The notes under the pieces were generated by a model that did not search any database, was not told the origin of the DNA, and saw only the letters and a list, made by a program, of their open reading frames with translations. Below, one piece after another: positions 10,198 through 18,090 of a stretch of DNA of 32,000 bases. Source of the DNA: Coprobacillaceae bacterium (GTDB taxonomy: Bacteria > Bacillota_I > Bacilli_A > Erysipelotrichales > Coprobacillaceae); assembly GCA_963675515.1 (NCBI GenBank), contig OY776328.1:660001-692000 (forward strand), given 5' to 3'. Positions within the stretch are counted from its first letter, which is position 1. Each line of letters opens with the position of its first letter. The translations under genes were made by a program, and so were the position numbers.

Positions 10198-11202
10198 ATG
10201 AGTAAAATAAAAACTTGTGTAAGTTTGTACAGTCTGCAGAATGAATATATGAGCAAAAGTATGAGTCTTGAAGACATATTCCGATTTATGAAAGATAATT
10301 CGGTTGATGGTGTTGAATTTTTGCCTGATCAAATGATGCATGGAGCTCCACATCCTACCGAGGAAACGCTAAACGAATGGGACAGGCTTTGTTCGACATA
10401 TAAGATCAAACCAGTCATCGCAGATGTTTTCTTGAATACGAATCTATATAACAATCGTGAGCTCACAAAAAAAGAGTGCGTCGATTTGCTTGTCGACGAA
10501 ATCAAACTCGCCCATCGCCTTGGAATGAAACAGATTCGTCTTGTATCTATGACACCTTCTTTCGTGTTGGAGCCATTGATTCCTTATTGTGAGCAATATG
10601 ATGTGAAATTAGGCCTGGAAATTCATGCGGGGTTGAGTTTTGACAAGAAGAAAACCAGCGACTATATCGAAGAGATGAAAAGATTGAATTCACCTTATAT
10701 CGGCCTGGTCATCGATACTGGGATATTCTGCCGCCGGATGCCCCGGGTTATGGAAAACTACTGCAAGAATCTTGGAACAAACCAGGACGCAGTAAACTAC
10801 GTTAACGAATTATACCGTCAAGACAAGGATGGCCGTTCGTTGGTAACCAAAGATGGCGAGTTTGTCCCTGAATTCAAAGCACTACTGAAATCACGACCTG
10901 ACATCATGTACGGGCATTTTGCGGATGGATACGAAAATGAGCCATTTGAAATCCTGGATGATTTGATGCCTTACATTTTCCACATCCATTTCAAGCTGTT
11001 TGAAATGGTTGAAGATGGCGAGTACTCGATGGACTACAAAGGACTGTTGAAGTATTTGCACGATCATGATTATGACGGATATGTCGCAACCGAATATGAA
11101 GGAAACAGATGGACGCTTCCAGGGCAACCGATGGTCGAAAAAGAACAGGTGATTGCACATCAGAAGTATATACGCGAATGTTTAAAAGAAATTCAAGGTT
11201 AG
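10198..11202 (+). CDS. Xylose isomerase-like TIM-barrel protein; candidate C-glycoside deglycosidase alpha subunit (DgpC/CarB/DfgA-like)
   Basis: TIM-barrel sugar isomerase-like motifs (GVEFLPD, LGLEIHA, HIHFK, ATEYEG). The gene immediately precedes a small DUF6379-like gene. Start chosen at the ATG at 10198 behind GGAG; the listed GTG at 10180 is an alternative. Confidence 0.65.
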   Translation: MSKIKTCVSLYSLQNEYMSKSMSLEDIFRFMKDNSVDGVEFLPDQMMHGAPHPTEETLNEWDRLCSTYKIKPVIADVFLNTNLYNNRELTKKECVDLLVDEIKLAHRLGMKQIRLVSMTPSFVLEPLIPYCEQYDVKLGLEIHAGLSFDKKKTSDYIEEMKRLNSPYIGLVIDTGIFCRRMPRVMENYCKNLGTNQDAVNYVNELYRQDKDGRSLVTKDGEFVPEFKALLKSRPDIMYGHFADGYENEPFEILDDLMPYIFHIHFKLFEMVEDGEYSMDYKGLLKYLHDHDYDGYVATEYEGNRWTLPGQPMVEKEQVIAHQKYIRECLKEIQG

Positions 11203-11211
11203 GAGAATAAC

Positions 11212-11604
11212 ATGTTTGACAATAACGTCTTTATTGAAGGAAGCTGCAAAAACACCGTGGAAAACGGTGATATCATCGGGTATGAGCTTAAAACAAATAT
11301 AACATATTACAGAGGGATTCCATTATCGATGGTAAACGACATTCGGGTCAAATTGGATGGGGCAAATGCGGACCGGGAAACTATTCGATGCAGTGTCGAT
11401 AACGGAGAATATTGGTTCACGTTGGATGAGATGACAACAGTAGTAGGCCATAAGTGGGAATACGGGGAACCGATGACAGTAAGGGTTCTTAACGGGGGTG
11501 GACTGGCATCGGGGACACATGATGTTGAGTTGACCGTTAACGTTAGAACGGCCTACATCCCTGTTCCATTGATTGGTTCAAAAAGCAGAATTGTAGCAAT
11601 ATAA
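11212..11604 (+). CDS. Small beta-rich protein resembling the C-glycoside deglycosidase beta subunit (DUF6379; DgpB/CarC-like)
   Basis: 130 aa with AGGAGA SD, translationally adjacent to the TIM-barrel gene. The motifs ...ITYYRGIPLSMVNDIRVKLDG... and WEYGEP match my recollection of the family. Confidence 0.55.
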   Translation: MFDNNVFIEGSCKNTVENGDIIGYELKTNITYYRGIPLSMVNDIRVKLDGANADRETIRCSVDNGEYWFTLDEMTTVVGHKWEYGEPMTVRVLNGGGLASGTHDVELTVNVRTAYIPVPLIGSKSRIVAI

Positions 11605-11695
11605 GTATCTGAACTGGACTGAAAAGGCGCAATTACTATGTCCTGCAAAGAAATTGCTATATAATGATTACAATAGCATTTGGAGGTGCGTAGCG

Positions 11696-12883
11696 ATGGA
11701 TGGTATGAGATTTAGCCAGATAAATGACAAGATAATGGACTTTGATTTTGAAGAGAATGTGATTCTGCAGGAAAGTCGACATCAGAATATCGAAATCATA
11801 TACGTTCTAGAAGGTAGCATATCGTTGAGGGTCAACGATATCACCTATGAGATGGGCAAGGATGACATGATTGTTGTAGATTCCCTGCAGAAACATTCAT
11901 ATGTGGGCTCGGGGAGTGTATTGGTTGGGATTGTTCATATCAATTACTTTCAATTGATAAAATATATGAATGTGGACAAGTACTATTTCAATTGTAATTC
12001 GGTAATTGATAAAAACGACAGTTATCGGGAAATGCAAAAAACTTTGAATAAAATTTTCAGGCTATACTTTGACAAAAAGCAGGAGAGCGTCTATCTGACA
12101 AGCCTCTACTTTTCATTGCTGCATACATTGATATCTAATTTTTCTTTCAGAATCGATGAATATGTGAGGGATTCAAGCAAAAACGAAGATGAAAAAAGAA
12201 TCGAATACATAATCAATTATGTCAATTACAATTATCAACAGCCGATTAGTTTGAATGATCTTGCTGAACAACTGTATTTGTCGACGGCTTACTTGTCGAA
12301 ATATATTAAACGACATGTAGGAATGAATTTTGTGGATTATGTGAACGGGATAAGACTGCAAAGGGCTATGGAGGATATTAAATTTTCCGACAAATCGCTG
12401 ACCAGGATTGCTTTGGATAACGGGTTTCCCAATCCAGCTTCGTTTGGTTCCGTATTTAAAAGAGAATATGAAATGACTCCATCTGCCTGGATTAAAAACT
12501 ATCAAAATGAATTTGAAAAAATCCAGGGTGAAAGAAATGCTCGGCTATTGGAAAAGGAACAGCATATTCAAGAATTTCTGGAACAGAATCCGCGAATTGA
12601 AGATGGTGACGATAAAGATCCGATAAGTATGCTTCAAGTCAACTCCAATATTGGCGTGGAATTTGTCCACAACTGGAACAAGATGATCAACGTTGGATCG
12701 ATAGCGGCTTTGCTGCAATCGGACATTCAAGAACATATTAAGATTCTTCAAACGGAACTTGGTTTTAAATATGTGCGATTCTGGGATATATTCTCCAAGG
12801 AAATGCTTCTCGATCTAAGGAAAACTGATGGGAAATTCAATTTCAAGAAAATCGACAAAGTGTTTGATTTTTTGATTTTTTGA
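11696..12883 (+). CDS. AraC family regulator (cupin sensor + HTH_18) whose C-terminus runs into a GH39-like domain; truncated by a frameshift in a T run
   Basis: Cupin-like IEIIYVLEGSISLRVND, then the AraC HTH LSTAYLSKYIKRHVGMNF...GFPNPASFGSVFKREYEMTPSAW. After residue about 330 the sequence (VGSIAALLQSDIQEHIKILQTELGFKYVRFWDIF) looks like the start of a glycosidase barrel. GGAGGTG SD precedes the ATG at 11696. Confidence 0.8.
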   Translation: MDGMRFSQINDKIMDFDFEENVILQESRHQNIEIIYVLEGSISLRVNDITYEMGKDDMIVVDSLQKHSYVGSGSVLVGIVHINYFQLIKYMNVDKYYFNCNSVIDKNDSYREMQKTLNKIFRLYFDKKQESVYLTSLYFSLLHTLISNFSFRIDEYVRDSSKNEDEKRIEYIINYVNYNYQQPISLNDLAEQLYLSTAYLSKYIKRHVGMNFVDYVNGIRLQRAMEDIKFSDKSLTRIALDNGFPNPASFGSVFKREYEMTPSAWIKNYQNEFEKIQGERNARLLEKEQHIQEFLEQNPRIEDGDDKDPISMLQVNSNIGVEFVHNWNKMINVGSIAALLQSDIQEHIKILQTELGFKYVRFWDIFSKEMLLDLRKTDGKFNFKKIDKVFDFLIF

Positions 12884-14127
12884 TTAACAACGGCATGCAC
12901 CCATTTATCGAACTTGGTTTCAAGCCGGTTAATCTGCTTAGAACCACCGACAACATGCATGTGCTCCAGGAACGGGAAATAATTTTCGATGACAGCAGCG
13001 AATTCGCAGCGACAATGCACGCTTTCATGATCCACTGTGTGAATAGGTATGGTATTGAAGAATTGGAAAAATGGTATTTTGAACAATGGGGTGATCCTAG
13101 AATCACGCTTGGTGAAAAATATGGCAAGTTCTTCAAAGTTTTTGAAACCGCATACGAAACAATTAAAAGAGTTTCCCCTAACACTTCAGTTGGTGGTGCA
13201 GGATTTGGTCGTCTTTACAGTACCTTGGATTTCAGGGAAATCATAGAACTGTGGAAACAAAATTGTCAGCGACCGGACTTCATTTCACTTTATGGATATC
13301 CTTATATGGCAAGAAGCAGTGTGGATTCCCAAAACAGTGACCGGATTCAGGATCCCAAGTTTATAAACAATCACGTATTGATGATGAAAGAGGTTTTGGG
13401 CAAAGCTGATTTTCCTGTCAAGGAATTGTTAGTCACTGAATGGAGTTCCAGTGTTTCTGACTGGAACAGCCTAAATGACAGTGTCTATAAAGGGGCGTTC
13501 ATGTTGAAGACCATAGTTGACAACATCGGCGCTTTGGATTCGATGGGTTATTGGCTTGCGACTGATGCGTTGACCGAGTATTTCGATACAGGTATGCTTT
13601 TGCATGGCGGGAACGGACTGTTAAGCGTAGACGGCATCAAAAAACCGGCGTTTTATGCAATGCAGTTTGCAAGCAAGCTAGGAAACCTGATGCTTGGACG
13701 GAGTGACAATGCGGTTGTCACGGCAAGCGAACGAGGTAATTACTCAATTGTCTGCCACAACTTCAACAGTCCTAATTTCAGATACTATTTGAAGAAAGAA
13801 GATGAGGTGGAAGTCCAAAAACAGTTTCTGCTTTTTGACGAGGCTGAAAACCTGATATTGAATTTCCGTATCGACAATGTCAGAAACGGGAAATATATCG
13901 TCAAATTGAGAGCGCTAAATGAAGACCATGGAAGCGTTCAGGATGAGTGGAGGGAAATGGATTACAGTGAAAATCTCACGCAACAGGATATCCAGTATTT
14001 AAGACAGACAAGTATCCCCAAAATTAGGATATTCGAGAAAAAAGTTGATAACAATACTTTAACTATTGAGACAAAGTTGCGTCCCCACGAAATTCAGTCG
14101 ATACATTTGATCTATCAAATGGAGTAG
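12880..14127 (+). CDS. GH39-like (COG3664, beta-xylosidase-like) domain; probably the continuation of the AraC ORF rather than an independent gene
   Basis: PFIELGFKP, YFEQWGDP (at the position of the GH-A WNEP motif) and LLVTEWSS (TE nucleophile motif). There is no SD or credible start. This frame opens only at 12868, inside the T run. Confidence 0.6.
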   Translation: MINNGMHPFIELGFKPVNLLRTTDNMHVLQEREIIFDDSSEFAATMHAFMIHCVNRYGIEELEKWYFEQWGDPRITLGEKYGKFFKVFETAYETIKRVSPNTSVGGAGFGRLYSTLDFREIIELWKQNCQRPDFISLYGYPYMARSSVDSQNSDRIQDPKFINNHVLMMKEVLGKADFPVKELLVTEWSSSVSDWNSLNDSVYKGAFMLKTIVDNIGALDSMGYWLATDALTEYFDTGMLLHGGNGLLSVDGIKKPAFYAMQFASKLGNLMLGRSDNAVVTASERGNYSIVCHNFNSPNFRYYLKKEDEVEVQKQFLLFDEAENLILNFRIDNVRNGKYIVKLRALNEDHGSVQDEWREMDYSENLTQQDIQYLRQTSIPKIRIFEKKVDNNTLTIETKLRPHEIQSIHLIYQME

Positions 14128-14250
14128 GAAGTATAATGAACAATTGCGCGTTACAGGGTAAAAATATTTTGCGCTAATAGCGATGTTTAAATGATGCATC
14201 CAGACCTGAAATGTGTCATAGCTATGGTGCGGATTTTAAGGAGGAAGATT

Positions 14251-15192
14251 ATGGGTACATATGTTTTTGGTGTTGATGTAGGCGGTACCACTGTTAAACT
14301 TGGACTATTTGATCCATGTGGAGATATGTTGGAAAAATGGGAGATCAACACAAACACCAATAATAACGGGAAATTTATATTGAATGACATTTCCGAGTCA
14401 ATATTCAGTAAGATTGACGAAAGGAAATTGAGGCTTATCGATATTGAAGGAATCGGCATCGGCGTTCCGGGCCCGGTATTAAGCAGCGGGGTTGTCCAAA
14501 AGTGTGTGAATCTCGGCTGGGAGGTTGTTGACGTAAAGGTTGAGATGGAAAATCTTACAGGTTTAAGAGTAGAGGTTGGAAATGATGCCAATGTTGCGGC
14601 ACTAGGGGAGATGTGGCAAGGTGGCGGCAAGGGGTATAAAAACCTGGTCATGGTTACACTTGGAACCGGTGTTGGAGGCGGTGTTGTCGTTGCTGAAAAT
14701 ATAATTGGCGGATCAGATGGTGCGGCAGGAGAAATAGGTCATCTTCTCGCAAATGAGGAAGAAGAGGAATTCTGCACTTGCGGAAATCGCGGGTGTTTGG
14801 AACAATATGCATCGGCTACCGGGATCGTAAGAGTGGCAAATAATCTGCTAGGATGCGAATCCGGGCGTTCAAGCATTTTGGCGAATGACAAAAATATGGA
14901 TGCCAAGTCGATTTTCGAAGCGGCTCGTAAAAATGACAAAGTTGCCAAAGAAGCTGTGGAGACACTGTATCATACATTGGGTAAATCATTGGCCCAGATC
15001 GCATGTGTCTGCAATCCGCAGGTCTTCGTAATAGGTGGGGGCATGTCCAAAGAAGGGGATGTCCTGATCGAAGGGGTAAAAAAATATTATCAACGCTACA
15101 GTTTTCATGCCTCGAGGAACACCTATTTCAAAATAGCGAAATTGGGAAATGATGCGGGAGTCTTTGGAGCGGCGAAGATGATTCTGCAGTAG
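14251..15192 (+). CDS. glcK: ROK family glucokinase
   Basis: FGVDVGGTTVKLG ATP-binding motif and CTCGNRGCLEQYAS ROK zinc motif. Start moved to the ATG at 14251 behind AAGGAGG. Confidence 0.85.
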   Translation: MGTYVFGVDVGGTTVKLGLFDPCGDMLEKWEINTNTNNNGKFILNDISESIFSKIDERKLRLIDIEGIGIGVPGPVLSSGVVQKCVNLGWEVVDVKVEMENLTGLRVEVGNDANVAALGEMWQGGGKGYKNLVMVTLGTGVGGGVVVAENIIGGSDGAAGEIGHLLANEEEEEFCTCGNRGCLEQYASATGIVRVANNLLGCESGRSSILANDKNMDAKSIFEAARKNDKVAKEAVETLYHTLGKSLAQIACVCNPQVFVIGGGMSKEGDVLIEGVKKYYQRYSFHASRNTYFKIAKLGNDAGVFGAAKMILQ

Positions 15193-15819
15193 GAAATATC
15201 AACCGTAGAGATACATATAAATATATTGCCTTCTTAAATCAATTACGTTTTTGACTTTGCGATGCAAATGTGTATTTCGCTAACCTTTAATCAACTGGGA
15301 CATGCCAGCATAAATAACCGTAATTGGCTTTGCAATAGGGAAATTGAATGTCCTTGGAAATACAATTAATTCCAAAAAATTCAAGTAATTCTTACACTCC
15401 ATTTCAAAACTTGACGTTTATATTTATTTCAATGACGTCGATTTTCCTGTGGTAAGCCAATAGTGGTTAAATATTCGCTGATATAACTCTAGGATTTATG
15501 GCGGATGCAAAATATATAATTTTTGAATGATTCGATCAATATTTGCTTCTTCACTTCAAAATAATATTGAAATAGCGGTTGAAAAATATGTGATGCGGGG
15601 ATTGGTGGAAATTGATGTATTGAACGGTAATTATAAGAGGGTTTGTGATGAATACAATAATGGAGTTTTGGAAGAAGGGATTCGCTATCGTTTGTCAGGC
15701 TGAACACAAAAAAGCCAGGGTAATAATTTGCGAACTAAACAAAAAATCAAAATAATCATGTGCCAAATTATGGAATTGGCAGTGTGGAAAAGAGGAGTTT
15801 TTTGGGAGGGTTAAGCTAG

Positions 15820-16596
15820 GTGAAGAAGTATATATTTTTTGATATAGACGGTACGTTGACTGTCAATAAGTATGGTGATGGCGACATCACCGAGGAGACC
15901 AAAAAAACAATCAGTTCACTCCAAAAAAATGGACATTTCGTGGCGATCGCTACTGGAAGGTCTTATTCGATGGCAAAAAAATACGGTGACATGATAGGTG
16001 TCAGTAATTATGTCATAAACGGAGGCTACGGAGTGGTTATTGATGGTGAAATTGTAGATAATGAGCCATTGGACAAAATGTGTTGTATAAAAATTTGCGA
16101 AGAGGCGAAAGACAAGAGACTTGGTGTGGCGGTTGTTGTTGACGATTCGTTGAACTACCATTGCGATGACGATGTTTTCGTTATAAAATCAAAAAACAGT
16201 CTTTGTGCAATGAGTTTGAACAGACATGAAGATGTGGGTTTTTCGGATCTGGAAGAGTATCACAAAATTTACGTTTCTGTCAGCGAAGATGAAGAGCACA
16301 TGTTGGAAACACGCCACTTGATACCTTATATGAGATACACCGACTCGACAATTGTTTTCGAGGGTGCTGACAAATATTACGGTGTTGAAAAAATGATGAA
16401 GATTATTGACGGACCGATTGATCAGATAGTTGTATTTGGCGATGGAAAGAATGATTTGACCATGTTTGAGAAATCGCAGTTATCAATCGCCATGGGCGAT
16501 TCGGTTCCTGAACTTCTGGATGTCGCTGATTTCATTACAAAGAGCAGCAAGGAAGATGGAATCACGTATGCATGTAGCCTTTTCGGGTGGATTTAA
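15820..16596 (+). CDS. Cof-type HAD-IIB family hydrolase (second copy)
   Basis: FFDIDGTLT and FGDGKNDLTMF motifs, GTG start behind GGGAGGG. Confidence 0.85.
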   Translation: MKKYIFFDIDGTLTVNKYGDGDITEETKKTISSLQKNGHFVAIATGRSYSMAKKYGDMIGVSNYVINGGYGVVIDGEIVDNEPLDKMCCIKICEEAKDKRLGVAVVVDDSLNYHCDDDVFVIKSKNSLCAMSLNRHEDVGFSDLEEYHKIYVSVSEDEEHMLETRHLIPYMRYTDSTIVFEGADKYYGVEKMMKIIDGPIDQIVVFGDGKNDLTMFEKSQLSIAMGDSVPELLDVADFITKSSKEDGITYACSLFGWI

Positions 16597-16736
16597 AATA
16601 ATTGAAAACAGCAGCGAGCAATAATTATCATATTAAAACCAATCAGAATATCTTTTATAACAAATTATGTTTTTCAAGTTATTGTTTGATATGCTGTGGA
16701 ATTGTTTTATATTATAGCCAAATAATTTGAAACAAT

Positions 16737-16786
16737 AAAAACTCTTTGTGACTTACCATGAAATCGGTTAATCACAAAGAGTTTTT
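16737..16786. terminator. Bidirectional hairpin (15-bp stem, 20-nt loop)
   Basis: AAAAACTCTTTGTGA (16737-16751) pairs with TCACAAAGAGTTTTT (16772-16786). Confidence 0.4.
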
Positions 16787-17088
16787 CAATGTATGCGAAA
16801 CTTGGTCTTGTTTCATGATGGCTGATCGTTAATGATAATCAAATGTTTTGTAACTCCTATTATAAAGGGGATCTTTTCTCATTTTGGTGCTTTCAATAGT
16901 AGCTTCAAGACAGATATCCCTCTTGTGAAGTGGTGATACCTCCTTTGTCGTGGAGCTAGAACAATTTCTGATGATTTGCTCCAGCACCAAATGGGGAAAT
17001 GTGGAGCCAATCATTATAACGTTTATTCTAAGTAGGTGTTTACATGCGAGTTTGTTATTGGATTAACTCGGTAAAAAATATACAAAAA

Positions 17089-17113
17089 AACGGCTATAAT
17101 AGCCGTTGTTTTC
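17089..17113. terminator. Hairpin terminator, stronger in the minus orientation
   Basis: AACGGCT-ATAAT-AGCCGTT is flanked by A7 on the left (which reads as T7 on the minus strand) and by GTTTTC on the right. Confidence 0.5.
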
Positions 17114-17476
17114 AATATGGGGCGATATCGGTTATCGTTGGCGAACTATTTTCAATTTTCTAATCGTAATTAATGATGTGTTGATTATGAAAATCAATAT
17201 TATTTGCGTTTAGATTTTTGAAAAGTTTATAGATTATTGGATACCAGTTGGAGTAGCTAAATGGGTTCGCAACATTCAAAAGATGGCGATAAAACCAACG
17301 TTTAAAACTATCGTGGCAAGATAGTAGGGCTGAAACTTCTAAGATACACACGTTGCGACTTAGTCAGAGCAGTTATAGAAATGTCGCAGGCAAGTCAACG
17401 TATTAGCTGAAATGCAATTGCTTTGAAAAAAGTAGTGGAGAGTGCTTCTCTCGTTCAATAATCATCTTTTGTACAT

Positions 17477-17506
17477 GAATGATAATATCAAATCTTATTA
17501 TCATTC
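17477..17506. repeat. Perfect 11-bp inverted repeat separated by 8 nt
   Basis: GAATGATAATA (17477-17487) and TATTATCATTC (17496-17506). Confidence 0.6.
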
Positions 17507-17805
17507 CGTTAAAGATTAGAATGGTTTCGAATATAAAGCAATAAACATAAGATTATGTTGTATATTGGCTTTCTAATATTATTAGTCTTATATCACAGTG
17601 AATATTTCTGTGTCGCGGAGCCACCCTGTCCATTCGTTTAGAGCCACCTCTGTCGCTCTATAGAGCATGGGCACGGTGGATCTCAGCTCCTGATAAGTGG
17701 CTCTGAACTGCCGGAATGCTCATCAATATTTGTGACTAAATATTTATTGCAAAAAAACATGTGTGCGTAGTCAATTCTCTAAAAGCAACTTTATTTAAAT
17801 AAATG

Positions 17806-17834
17806 TTGCATAAGTATTTTTGGCAGAGTATAAT
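17806..17834 (+). promoter_or_regulatory. Near-consensus sigma-A promoter for the precursor-peptide gene
   Basis: TTGCAT (17806-17811), exactly 17 nt of spacer, then TATAAT (17829-17834), 26 nt upstream of the ATG. Confidence 0.6.
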
Positions 17835-17859
17835 TGTTACTTAAGGGGGAGGTGATAAC

Positions 17860-17982
17860 ATGAGTGTGAAACTATCAGTTGAAGAAATCGCTGAAATGAA
17901 TAAAGTTGATCAGCTTGATTTTTCTAAAAACGACAAAAATCTTGATGATAGTGGAATGGCAATTTCGCCAAGACTATACTAA
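17860..17982 (+). CDS. 40-aa candidate RiPP precursor peptide (not in the supplied ORF track)
   Basis: The ORF, ATG to TAA, encodes MSVKLSVEEIAEMNKVDQLDFSKNDKNLDDSGMAISPRLY. A GGAGG SD (17848-17852) sits 7 nt before the ATG. A consensus promoter lies upstream, a terminator lies just downstream, and the next gene is a radical SAM/SPASM enzyme. Confidence 0.6.
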   Translation: MSVKLSVEEIAEMNKVDQLDFSKNDKNLDDSGMAISPRLY

Positions 17983-17988
17983 AGAAAA

Positions 17989-18015
17989 AGCTCAACAATC
18001 ATGTTGAGCTTTTTT
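17989..18015 (+). terminator. Intrinsic terminator or attenuator between the precursor and maturase genes
   Basis: AGCTCAACA-ATCA-TGTTGAGCT perfect 9-bp stem followed by TTTTT. Confidence 0.65.
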
Positions 18016-18090
18016 GAATGGAATTTACTATGTTAATAGATTGAAAGGGGAGTATGCTGAGAAATATGTTTTTTCAGTTATGAATTATAT

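Noticed and set aside
15648-15755. A 35-codon ORF (MNTIMEFWKKGFAIVCQAEHKKARVIICELNKKSK) with an AAGAGGG SD upstream of the second HAD gene
   Set aside because: It has a decent SD but no promoter, no terminator and no recognisable family or context. The evidence is insufficient to call it a gene.
16829-17014. A 61-aa minus-strand ORF considered as an integrase remnant
   Set aside because: It has no SD and no tyrosine- or serine-recombinase motifs (R..H.LRH...Y) that I can see. It cannot be supported without a homology search.
17611-17720. The GC-rich patch as a duplicated tRNA-His 3' fragment (the attL of the island)
   Set aside because: It shares only AGAGCCAC and GAATGC-like words with the tRNA, and they occur in the wrong order. 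There is no collinear match to the tRNA 3' end (TGGGGCGACCGATGGGAATCGAACC).
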